NCBI RefSeq assembly: GCF_036321535.1
Contig: NC_087452.1
Location: 1,426,001 to 1,490,000, forward strand
DNA from: Camelus dromedarius
Lineage: Eukaryota
Direction: 5' to 3'
DNA length: 64,000 nt
Shown here: positions 47,400 to 58,866 of the stretch, one piece after another
Numbering within the stretch: position 1 is the stretch's first letter
Layout of the letters: each line of letters opens with the position of its first letter
Notes under the pieces: generated by a model
The model's input: only the letters and a program-made list of their open reading frames with translations
Databases searched by the model: none
Told to the model about the DNA's origin: nothing
Program-made: the position numbers and the translations under genes

Positions 47400-49140
47400 G
47401 GGGCGAGTGACACTGGGGTGGGCGAGGCGACAGATAACGTGTCGTGAAGACAGCAGAGGTGGCCGGGGAAGCAGTACTGGGGTGGAGGCCATGGTTACAG
47501 TAGTCGTGGTGATGGTGAAGGGGACGGAGACACGGGGTGAGAGGTCGTGGCCACGGTGGTAGCAGGGGTTGGAGAGAGTGGTGGGGTTCTGGTCACCCTG
47601 GAGGGCAGTGACTGTGGGGCTGGCGGTGGTGTGGCTGGGGGTCAGAACACCCCACACCCCAGAGGCTGGTGACGGCCATTTAGTGCTCGCCCCCGCGGCC
47701 AGCTGCTGGGCTCCGGCCGCGCCTTCTCGTTCTGGATCCCCAACTGAGGGGTGGCTCTGATGTGGAGCGGCCCCCACAGGGCACAGGGGATGTGAGAGCT
47801 GGTAGAAACTGAGGACGCCCCTTAAGCCCCTCTTGGGATGTCATGCATGTCTTTCTCACTCATGTCATGCAGCCAAGGCCATTTCCAATGGGGTGGGGAA
47901 GCTTCTGGAAGGGTCTGCACAACTCAGACAGTACCCAGAGAGGCCCAGCGCTTGCAGGGAAGAGGGAGTAGGCGGCAGCTCGGTGATGGTGCGGTGACAG
48001 AGGTGGGGACGCTGTGGCTGGTGACAGGAGCCGCAGTGGGGTGGTGGGGACGGGAGGTGGCCAGGAGGATGGCTGGCACTGACGGCAGCGGGGTGATGGA
48101 GGGTGGGGTGTGTTGTCCCACAGTGCTGGTGGTGATGGTGCTGAGACTGGAAATGTGGCGTTCTGGATCTTCCGGTGCTGACTCAGAACCCCCAGCACCC
48201 TCTTCTGTGGTCTCCCCTGCATCCTGGAGAATTCTGGACAATTTTCCAGAATCCCCTCACCCACCTGGTTCCAGGCTGGAGTCTGCCAAGGCCTGAGATT
48301 TGGAACTTGGAAGACAGGCAGCTGCAGGCGGGTGACAAGCAGAGGTTTGCAATGGCTTCTAGGCAGTACTCTGAGAAGCCGTGCTGCAGAGCTGGGGCCG
48401 AGGCCTGCTGGGGCCCCCCAGAGTATCGCAAGATACAAGGCTGGGGGGGCTCATGGCTCAGGCAAGCTCTTGAGAGCCACTCACTTTGGAGCCGCAGACA
48501 GACCGTCAGCAACAACTCGTTTCCCTGATCTTCACTCCCCAGGCCATCTGGTGGTGCGGAAACTGGTGTTAAATGCCCGCATACCTGTTATACCGTCAGT
48601 AGCTGCGTGCATGTGGCCGTGGCTCATGTGAGGGAGGTGGTAGGGAGCAGGGAGGTGGTGGTGAGGGTAACTGGTCGTCCTGGTCACTGTGACCCTGGTT
48701 GAGGTTAGGACGGTGGTGTGAGGTGGAGACAGTGCGAGAAGTGCAGCAGGTGGCAGAGCGGTGCTGGTGGTGCTGGTGGGGAAGGCAGTGGTGAGGGAGG
48801 TGCTGTCAGAGGCGGGATGGTGGCGTTGGTGATGGAAGCTGCAGTGGCGGCGATGTTGCTGGCGCTGGCATCGGTGGCGACGGCATAATGGCCACAGTAA
48901 CAGTGATCCTGGTTGAAGTGACGGAGGCGACATAAGGATGTGGTAGTGACAATGGGGGGGGGGGTGGCGACAGTAATGTGACAGTGATCCCAGTTGAGGT
49001 GAGCAGTCCTAGTGGTGGAGGAGGTGCCGGGACGAGGGGAGCGGTGGCGGTAGAGGCGGTGGCGGTGGGGTTAGATGTGTTTGTGGTGACGGCGGTGACG
49101 TGGTGTGATGGTGGTGGTAAGCTGGAGGGTCCCACCAGCA
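47400..49140. repeat. Degenerate GTG/GGT-rich triplet low-complexity region (two blocks around a more complex middle)
   Basis: Strong G/T strand bias and triplet periodicity; a repeated ~17-mer GTGAYCCTGGTTGAGGT-like motif at ~48690, 48903 and 48984. Confidence 0.75.
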
Positions 49141-50479
49141 ACGTAATCAGGGCAGCATGGGGGTGGTTACAAGTTGAGCCACAAGGGAACCAGGGTGATG
49201 AGATGGCAAGAATCCTGCGGAGGCCTTCCCCTGACCAGGGTCCCCTCTCCCCACTGGGCCTGAGCCTCGTGCTGGCCTCCTCTCTCCTCCTGAGGTGGCC
49301 TGCCTTCTGTCTGCTACTGGTTCCCGGGCCCTCTGCAGGACCCCTGCCCTACTTGGACTCCAGGTTCTGTGCTCAGCCTGAGGCCCCAGCCTGGGGTGGT
49401 CTGGAGGGGTCAGCTGGGATGGAGACAGGGCTGAAGGGCTGTCCTGGAGCACAAACCACTCAGTAGGACTTCTGGGGATGGGCCCACCAGGGGGAGGCAG
49501 ACCCCAGCCCCTCACTGCTGCAGGCGCCCTGAGGATGGGGCCTCGCCGTCTACCGAAGGGGCGGGGTGAGCTCCCTGTAAAGGGAGACATGGAACTTGGG
49601 GGCAGCATGCAGAGGTGATTTCCCTTCTGCAAAGGGTTTGGACTGGTGTCCTCTGAGGACCTACCACCGAAAGCATTCGCAGAGACCGGTGGGAGCAGCA
49701 GGGCCTGCGTGGAGCAACCCCGATGAGCGGAGGTGACGAGCTCCTGCCCACACCCGTGACGCTCACTGGCTGCTCCATCACTCTCCCGCTCTGAGCCGCT
49801 CCGTCCTCTTGTGCCTTTCGGGGCTTCCTCCTCCCTGGGGAGCCAGCCTAGCCCCGTGATGTCCCATGTCCCCTGTCTCGGGCCCACCCTGAAGCCAGCC
49901 CCCTGAGCCACAGCCCGGGAAGAGATAGAGGACCTCGGGTGACCAGGTGACGGCAGGCGGCCCTGACCCGATGCGCAGGGGCCCAGAGAGGGCAGGGCAC
50001 ACCCAAGGTCGCGCAGCGGTCCCAGGAGCCCTCCCCAGGGCGAGCTGATGGAGGCTGATTAGGCAGCCAATTGGTATTCCGAGCGGCCAGAGGCCCCTCT
50101 CTGTCTCTGTAATTAATGGAGTGGCTTTTTAAAAGGATTCTAATCACCCCGATCCTATCTGCTTATCACTAGCGTTCCTAATTAGATGATCCTGGCCGTC
50201 ACTCGCTAATTCCCTCCAGCCCCGTGCAGCCCGGCGGCCAGGCAGCCCGCCCCAGCCCTGCAAACCCCCGCAGCCAGCCAGATGGGCAGCCCGGGCCTCC
50301 TCTCCCCTCAGGGCCCCGGTTCTCTAACCACATTACCTTCAGGATGGATGGGTGACAGCGATGGATGGGCCACTGGATGGCCAGTGACAGGTGAGTGAGG
50401 GACTGAGTGCTGGACAGCTACCAGAGAGGGTGGATGGACGATGGACTAGGAGGTTGAGAGCTCAGCCTGAAGGCTCAGA

Positions 50480-50640
50480 CAGCTCTGCTATTTACCAGCT
50501 GTGTGTTCTTGGGAAAGTCACTTGACCTCTCTGGGCCTCCATGTGCTCGTTCCATCTGTAAAATGGGGCAGTCAGAGTATTCTCCCCACAGGGTTGCTGT
50601 GAAGACGGCGTGGAACAGAAGAAGAGCCGTGTGTGCCTGC
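50480..50640 (+). mobile_element. MIR
   Basis: tttaccagctgtgtgttcttgggaaagtcacttgacctctctgggcc...catctgtaaaatgggg...cagggttgctgtgaag. Confidence 0.85.
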
Positions 50641-51410
50641 TTGCTGGCACCCAGTGACGAGGGTGGTGTCAACGATAGGTGGATAGACAGACAGATGCAA
50701 GGGCAGACTGACAGTGAGTGCAGGGAAGACTAGTAGATGGACGGTCCGAGGGAGAATGGGCCAGAGGGTAGAGGGACATACATACTGGTGGGCTGACGGG
50801 GAGCTGGGCAGGAGGTGGGGTCACTAGGTGGGTGGAAGGGACAGGGAGGCGTGGGGAATGGGGGCAGCCTCTCTTCTCCCCAGACGCGACAGGACGTCTC
50901 AGCTCAGGTCCCAGCACAGACCTGCTCAGACCTGCCTTTTCTCCCCAGGACCTCCAGGAAACTTCCTGCTCAGCCCTCCAGCCAGTGGTGATGGGGCCCG
51001 CTGGGTCCCCTGGATCCTTTCCCCTCAGTCCGCACCCAGGTAACGCCCTTCCCAGAGGTGGTTCATGTGGTCTCTGGAGGCTCAGATTCAGTGAAGGCAT
51101 CACTGTGGGGACCCCCAAGGGCCAGAGTGTGCCAGTCTGCCAGGGCGGCCTCTGTCCCATCCCCACAGTGCCAGAGTCCCCAGCCCAACCCCACCTGGAG
51201 CAACCCTGGGTAGGGCTCTGATTCCAATTCCACCAGCTGGTCCTAAATATCCAGGAGAATTCAGCTCCCTGAGGTTGCCCCCAACACCCCTGTGCCTGTG
51301 CAACTTCTGGGTCATGGAGCTACCTAGGTCCTTCTGGAAAGAGGGTAGAACAAAGAAGCCTGAAGCCCCTTTCAGAGACAAGGCCTGCACACACATGCAC
51401 ACATTCACGC

Positions 51411-51905
51411 NNNNNNNNNNNNNNNNNNNNNNNNNNNNNNNNNNNNNNNNNNNNNNNNNNNNNNNNNNNNNNNNNNNNNNNNNNNNNNNNNNNNNNNNNN
51501 NNNNNNNNNNNNNNNNNNNNNNNNNNNNNNNNNNNNNNNNNNNNNNNNNNNNNNNNNNNNNNNNNNNNNNNNNNNNNNNNNNNNNNNNNNNNNNNNNNNN
51601 NNNNNNNNNNNNNNNNNNNNNNNNNNNNNNNNNNNNNNNNNNNNNNNNNNNNNNNNNNNNNNNNNNNNNNNNNNNNNNNNNNNNNNNNNNNNNNNNNNNN
51701 NNNNNNNNNNNNNNNNNNNNNNNNNNNNNNNNNNNNNNNNNNNNNNNNNNNNNNNNNNNNNNNNNNNNNNNNNNNNNNNNNNNNNNNNNNNNNNNNNNNN
51801 NNNNNNNNNNNNNNNNNNNNNNNNNNNNNNNNNNNNNNNNNNNNNNNNNNNNNNNNNNNNNNNNNNNNNNNNNNNNNNNNNNNNNNNNNNNNNNNNNNNN
51901 NNNNN
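51411..51905. other. Assembly gap (495 N) flanked by CA-rich low-complexity sequence
   Basis: Run of N; flanks such as cacacacatgcacacattcacgc. Confidence 0.99.
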
Positions 51906-52959
51906 TGCGTCGGTTCACTCACCCCCACCCCCCCACGTGTTCTCGAGCTCCTGTCCACACACACATGTGCCGGGTGCTGTCTGGGGGCTGCAGGCACACA
52001 TGCCCACTGACACACTAGGCAGAGCCTTGCCCTTGGGGAGCTGACTCCGCGGCAAAGGTACATGAAAACTGGTAACAGATGAAGTTTACTACAATGTCAG
52101 GTGGTGAGAGATGCCATGAAGGAAAACAAAGCAGGAGGGCTGAGGGTGACTGGGCTTCTCTCTCAGGCAGGGCAGTCAACAGGGCAGCCCCCAACCACGC
52201 GCATGCTCGGGCCCCAGTCCCCCACACACGTGTGCACGCCTGTATACACGACACACATGGACACACAGCACGCAAGCACACACAGGCACCCCCAAGGCCT
52301 GCAGCCCTGCTGTGCCTGGGACCAGGGCACAGTGTCCCCAGAGGGGCTGAATTCAGCTGTGCCACATCCCCTGCCCCCCACCCCACCCAGGGCACCCCCA
52401 CCCCAGGCTGTGGGAACAAGACTGAGACACGACATGTGGACGCAGCCACAGGAAGCACTGGGGGTGGGGAGGGGACACCTCTGGGGCGTCCACACTGCGA
52501 GGCTGACAACCCTGGTCTACACCCTGAGATCACTGTGTGATGCACAATTATATCGCATTTGGATTTTTGGTGTGCCAGGGGCATTCATTTCTTTCATGTG
52601 AACACTTAAAGCATGCAGGCGACCTGTTGTTAGGGAGTTATTTACCTCCTAATGAATTAATAAAGTTGGAAGCTTGAAACGCCCAGGGGTTTCTTTGCAG
52701 AGGGAGCGGTGGGCGCAGAGCCTCAGCGCATGGGAGAGCCCTGGCCCACAGTCCACTGCAGGGGCCCCGAGGGGACAGTGGGGGCAGCCGAGGACCATGC
52801 TGCCAGGCTCAGGGCCCAGGCCCAGCGCTCCACATGTCCGCGGCTGCAGAGGCCTCTGGAAGACTTGGAGGCGCGTGATCAGCTGCGTGTTCCAGAAAGG
52901 TCTCTCCATGCTGGGACTGTGTCATGCTCAGCACGCTGGCGAGGCTGTGTGTTGGAGAG

Positions 52960-53470
52960 GCTGTGAGCAGCTAAAACTCCCGCGCCCACTGGTGAGCATG
53001 TTAATTGGAACAACCATTTGGAAACTTCCTTGGCCTTGTCTCGCTGACGAGAGGGCGTCGAGCCCCTTGACCCAGTAACTCCCCTCCTAGGCTCACGGCC
53101 CCTGAGAAAGCCTCACACGTGGGCCGAGGAATCAGAAGAGCCGTTGCTGCCCCGCATGTGGTACAAAACAGGAGAACAGGCGAACACACTGTGTTACACT
53201 CATATGGGGAACATTATACTGCAGTGAAAAATGAACCCACCCGAACTTCGTGTCTCAGCGAGAACGAATGTCACAGAAACATCTACCATTGTGACCATTT
53301 ATACAGAAGGTAGAAACACGCAGAACAGCATCACCTGTGGCTTACGGAGTCGTACGCAGGCAGTACAAGTGTAACAGCTGTGGGAGGGAGGCGGGCCTGG
53401 CTGCCTCGGGCCGGAGGGAGGGAGGGAGGCAGGAGGCTTGGGAGGACTGTATATCTGGGAGGCTCTTTCC
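52960..53470 (+). mobile_element. Ancient L1M (L1MC/ME-like) ORF2-end/3'UTR fragment
   Basis: ggaacaaccatttggaaac...gacccagtaactcccctcctagg...cattatactgcagtgaaaaatgaac. Confidence 0.7.
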
Positions 53471-54669
53471 TAAGCTGGGGTGAGAGGTGTCGAGGGACTG
53501 CGAGCTGTCCCCGCTCTCCTGTCCCCCAGTGTTGGAGCCCTGGGGGTGTGCAGGGCCTGTGACTTGCGAGGGACAGCAGGACATTGTGCAGAACCCCGCC
53601 ATGCTGGCCCCTGTCTCACAGAGCCTTGTCTGTTGCTGGCCGAGGGTCTCACAGCTGCAAGGAATCAATTCTGCCAGAACCTGAGGGAGCTGGGAGGCCA
53701 GGTGGTTCCCCAATCCAGCCTCTGACGAGAACCCAGCCGTGGTCAACACCTTGTGGGACCCTGAGCTACACCGCACCGAAGCTCCAGCCCAGAGACCACG
53801 AGAGAGGAATGTGTGCTTGCGAGCCGCCAAGCATGTGGTGATTTCTTGCACCAGAAATCACCTGGTGATGCCAGGTAGGCACTGTGGTGTGGGTTGTATT
53901 GTTGGCTGTATTTTTGGATATCTGAAGTATTTCATAATTGAAATAAAGAGGTTAAGAAATATCCCCATGCAGAAGAGACGGTTTGCAGGGCGTGAGCTGG
54001 AGGCTGGGGGGACGAGGAGGAGGCCGGCGTGTGCTCTGTAGGTGAGGACAGAGCAGAGCAGGGTCAGGTGGAGGAAGGACCCGGAGAGAGATGATGGGGT
54101 GGGTGTGGGTGTGTGTGATGTGCATTTGCATATAAAAGTCCCTGCAACCCTAAATTCTGGGGAGAGGGGGCCCATCCCAGCATCCCCTCCCTGCCTGGGA
54201 AACCGGGATCATGGCCCTTCCCCGCCCCACTCACAGATCAGCGCAGGCAAACCTGGGGGGGGGGGGGCAGGGCGGGAGAGGGAGGGACAGATGCGGGGGG
54301 TGGAAAGAAGCAGCCGGGCAGGGCCCGCCAAGCCCCCCTGGGGGAGACCCCCCCCCCAGCCTGCGTGCCGGCGGGAGCCATCCTGCCCTGCCCTCAGTTT
54401 CCCCAGCAGAACACGAGGGAGGAGCTGGGGGCACCCTGCCCGGCTCAGGGCAGGACGGGAGGCAATGTTGAAAGCACCTGCTTCCCAGCCAGGGGCTCAG
54501 GTTGGCACTCCCAGCCCTGGCAGCCTCCCAAAGAGGTCCCCAGACACCCTGGGCTTCTAGGAGCGGAGACAGGCCTGGGCGCTCCAGACTGAGCTGGAAG
54601 GGCATCGGAAGGGGGTCTCCTGGCTGGGCAGACTCTCCAATGGCTGAGGACTCCTGGCCTTCTTTATAT

Positions 54670-54780
54670 TATCCTTATAACAAGCATGCAAGGTGTGGTC
54701 TTGTTTTACTGGTGAGGAGTCAGGATTCAGAGAGGCTAAGCCGCTTGCTCAAAGCTGCACAGCAAGGGAGAGGCAGTTCC
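54670..54780 (-). mobile_element. MIR fragment
   Basis: ttttactggtgaggag...cagagaggctaagccgcttgctcaaagctgcacagc. Confidence 0.65.
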
Positions 54781-55967
54781 GTCAGCCCCACACCCTGGCC
54801 TTGTCCTTGCGTGACACTGGCTGGGGGCGAGGGAGACTCTGAGGGGCTGGGGGGAGGAAGAACTCAGATGAGGCTTCCTCTAGGATCTTTGACTGGGATT
54901 TTGAAGGGTGAAGAGGAGTTTTCCAGGCAGATCTGAAGGGGATCTGCCTTCAGATCCCCTTCAGGGAGATCCCTGAAGGGGAGATCCCTTCAGGGAGAGA
55001 GACCAATAAGGAACAAGGCAGAGAAAAGAAAAGAGGTTTTGTTAATAATTCTTTGTCTTTTGCAGTACGAAAGTGACACACGCATAACAATAAAATAAGA
55101 GCACACGTTTGTGAAGTGGAGGCGCCCTCTCCGCACCTCTGCTCTGTCACGCTTCCCAGAACTAACGACTATTGTTCATGAGAGATAAATCATCCCAGGT
55201 TTTTTCTGTATCTACACAAATATTTTCAAAACAAAAAAGTCATCTTTATATATTGTTCCACAATTTGCTTAAAAAAAAAAAAAAAACCCTAGAATTTAGC
55301 TTTTATTTCTAGTGTTTCTTTGAGGTGCACCTGAGGCACTTGCTGGGCCAGAGAGCACGCGGAATTTCGATCAACATTCCGGCAAACGGCACGTGCCAGG
55401 GGCTGTTTCTGCAATCTGCTGGCCTTTTCCATTTTACTAAGAGGAGCGGTGAAAAGGTACCTCCTTGTTTAATCTGCATGTATTTGATTCTCTGAGGCTG
55501 AGTTCCTGTCTGAATGCCAAATGTTCACCACCTGCTTGTTTACGTTTCTGTTCGGAAGGACCTCTCTGTGTGTCCTTTGCCTGGCTTTCTCTCTTCTTAT
55601 TGGTGGTGGTGGGGGGGGCGTCTTTTTATTATGTATTGTATTTTTGTATTTTGAGTTTTTGCATATTTTCATCATTGCAAAATTCTCTCCTATTTTGCAA
55701 TGGTTATTTTTCAATACTATTTGTTTTAACCATTAAAGCCATTGAACCTCATTACAGAATACTTGGAAAACGGGGAGAAGAAGGGAAAGTCACCCATCAC
55801 AGAGATGCCATCATTTGTTAACATTTGGTGAAAACTCTCTCCCGCCGGGGCTGTAGTTACTGTTGCCTCCATGTTACACACCTGTGTCCCGGGACACGGC
55901 CCTAAGAGCATGACCTTCAGGAGGCTTTTTAAAGACTTCCTAGTGGACATCCTGTAGTCCCCTTGCC

Positions 55968-56500
55968 TCTTTTTTTTTTTTTGTGGTTTTATTGTGGTAA
56001 AATACGCATAGCATAAAACTGACCATCTTAGACATTTTTCAGTGTGCAGTCAGTGGCGCTNNNNNNNNNNNNNNNNNNNNNNNNNNNNNNNNNNNNNNNN
56101 NNNNNNNNNNNNNNNNNNNNNNNNNNNNNNNNNNNNNNNNNNNNNNNNNNNNNNNNNNNNNNNNNNNNNNNNNNNNNNNNNNNNNNNNNACTGTCTCTGT
56201 GACTCTGACTCCTCCAGGGGCCTCAGAAAAGTGGGATCTCACAGTATTCGTCTGTCACGGGCTCCTTCCACGGAGCACCGTGTCCTCAGGGTCCGCTCGC
56301 GCGGCAGCAGGTGTCAGAGGTCCCGTCTTTTTAAGGCGGTAAGAGTCTGTCGTACGGAGAGAGCGCGTTCTCTTTACGCGCTTGTCCACTCGTAGACGCC
56401 CGTGCTGTTTCCACCTTTTGGGTCCTGGGAATAGTGCTGCTGTGAACACAGACGGGCAAGCATCTGCTTGAGCCCCTGCCTTTAACTCCTTTTGAGTATA
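55968..56500 (-). mobile_element. L1M (L1MA/MB-like) 3' end with poly(A) tail, interrupted by a gap
   Basis: Poly-T then ttattgtggtaaaatacgcatagcataaaactgaccatctt; after the gap, ...tttccaccttttggg...aatagtgctgctgtgaaca...tttaactccttttgagtata. Confidence 0.85.
56061..56189. other. Assembly gap (129 N)
   Basis: Run of N. Confidence 0.99.
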
Positions 56501-57368
56501 TTCTCACCATGCTGTTCTTCTCAGCGTTTACATTGTAGCCAATCTCTTGGTTTTATAAACAATGATGTCTTGAACATCTCTGTGTCAGAGCCTCTTGCAA
56601 AAGGTATTTGGAAGAGTACCCGGCACTCGAGTCCTGGAATTGTTAGCTCAGGGCTCGTTTCCACAGCACCGTCCCTCCCTGACCCAGGAGATTTTCCATC
56701 TTGCATGTTCAGCAATTTTTCCTTTCTTCTTTTTGTTTTCCTAGAAAGGTCAAACCTAACCACAGGGTTTGCGGTGTTCCTCTGCCAATTTATCTGTCGG
56801 GGAACCAACCTGGGTGACCCAGCTGGGTGGGTTGCAATGGATGGTTTCAAAACTAATCCTTGCTAAACTTGGAATGTGTAATAGAATACGTGTAATGTCA
56901 GGGCTCAAACTCCGTGTCCCCAAGACCCCGCCGGGCCTGGGCGTGAGAAGCCAGGCAGAGAGGAGGCGGGGGTCCCCAAGGAGAGAGAAGGGGAAAGGGC
57001 CCTGCAGCCGCCGTCCTCTCGGGGCCAGGTCTTCTGCCTATTTTTAAGTGTATCTCCTAATTTAAAATCATCCGCAACTCATTCATATTTTTGTAAAACA
57101 TCATGCAGCCCAAACAAAACTCGTCCGCTGGCCTTGGATCTGAGCGGGCACTCCCACAGGGGTGCTAACTGCTCCCACCCCACGCGACTGGACACCCTCC
57201 ACCCCGCGTTGATTCCGGTGCCTCCTTCATCATCCATTCTCTTGTAAACAGTAGGGTCTCCCTCTGGCTTACTGGAGTCTGAGCCATTGATCTGCGTGTT
57301 CCTACAGCACAGCCCTGAGGTTTGAACGGCAGTGATCGTCAGGATCTTGTTTCCTACTGGAAAGCTCT

Positions 57369-57400
57369 ACACACACACACACGCACGCACGCACGCACAC
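57369..57400. repeat. (CA)n(CGCA)n microsatellite
   Basis: acacacacacacacgcacgcacgcacgcacac. Confidence 0.9.
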
Positions 57401-58518
57401 CCCTCACTTTATTTTCCCTAATTTTCTGACTTGCTCTGCTAGTCTTGTTGGTTTTTCCAGATAAAGTTTGCAATCTTTTCATCTTTTTGCCTAAAAGCGA
57501 AACAAACCCAGTGGACTTCTGATCCTCCCGGCGCTGCTAGCTCAGGAGACCAGCCCCGCCGCTCTGGACAGTCCTGTTGTTTGTCTGCCTTCCCCTCAGG
57601 TGAGTTTGTCCTGTCAGGGGGATGGTGGTCATTCCTCCCAAGCCCTGGTCCCCTGGGTGGGGGGTCTGTTCTGTGGCCCTGGGGACTGGACGGCTGTTTT
57701 CCAGCGCTGGGTCACCAGGAGGAGGGAGGGGCTCTGGGGGGACAGAGCTGCTCTGCAAGAGTTACAAAGGGGGTTGGGGTCTTCCCACCGAAAATCAGCC
57801 CCACAGGAGGAAGGGAGGGCGCCCTGTGGCCAGCCCCACTGGGTGCAAACATGGAACAAAGGCCCACCCATCCCAGGCGCCCCGGCGCCGCCCGCAGAGT
57901 CATAAAGGCACCGTCGCCCTGCACGGCCCACCCGCCCTGCCTGGGAGCTTTGAGGCCACAAAATCGAAACTGTTTCCCAGCACAATGACTGGGCAGTGGA
58001 GTCATTGTTAGGGGCAGGCTATTTAGCAGAGGTGGGAACAGAAGTTGTGGGAGCAGGGCTGCAGCTTGGTTCTGCTGGTCCGAGTGACTTGCTGGGACTT
58101 GAGCCCAGGCTCCTGGCTGCCCCTGCTCCTGGAGGTCCCCTTCCCACTCAGCCCCATCCCCACACCACGGCCTCCCAGCTCTGTCAGAGGCAGCCCCTAC
58201 CCTGCAAGTGTCCAGGCAGCAGATTCACCCGAGCAAGCGTCTTGTGGGTTTCATTCCCCACCTGAACGCCCAGAGCACACAGGCTGGTAAACCCGTGTGG
58301 CAGAAATGAATGGATCTGTTCAACAGACTTTGGGATGCACCTACCCCAGACCTGAGTTTGCAGAGAGAGGGGGGTCTGCTCATCTGCTTCTCTGGGGCCG
58401 GCGGGCTGGTTCTTAGCCCCTCCCCACTGCCAGGTACTGGGCGCTCCAGAAGTACTGGTTGGCAGGATGGAAGACAGCACTGGGAGTAACAGAGAAACAG
58501 AGCCTTTTCCACGAGCAC

Positions 58519-58866
58519 TCTGGTTCTGGATTCTGGCCTGAGGTCCCGAGCCCAGCTCTAGACTCTGGGCCCACGTCCTCAGTACTAAGTTCTGGGTTCT
58601 GAGCTGCAAGCTAGGCTGTGGATTTGGGGGTCCACACCCAGTTCAGGGCTCTCTATTATGACATCTGAATTCTGAGGTCGAGGTTCAGGGACCCAGTTCT
58701 TGGATGTAAGTTCTGGATTCTGAGTTCCCAGCCCTATGTTCTGGATTTGGGGATTAGGCTCTGTGCTCTGTTTTGGGCTCTGGTTCCTGAGTTCTGGGGT
58801 GCAGATTGTAGACTGTAAGCTGTGGATTCTGGGACCTGGCCCTGGGCCCTGGGCTCTGGGCTGGGG
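58519..58866. repeat. Degenerate 7 bp tandem repeat (consensus TTCTGGR)
   Basis: TTCTGGA TTCTGAG TTCCCAG CCCTATG TTCTGGA ... CCTGGGC TCTGGGC in register. Confidence 0.75.

Noticed and set aside
47304-49141. Intact mucin gene
   Set aside because: The Thr-rich reading shifts among three frames with stops; no signal peptide, SEA or vWD domain seen. Kept only as a finding.
51100-52063. ORFs spanning N gaps (also 314-874, 24326-24916, 56042-56395)
   Set aside because: Length comes from untranslatable N runs.
53837-53862. 10 bp hairpin GGTGATTTCT-N6-AGAAATCACC
   Set aside because: Isolated short inverted repeat beside an L1 relic; chance or a single template switch, and too short for a pre-miRNA.
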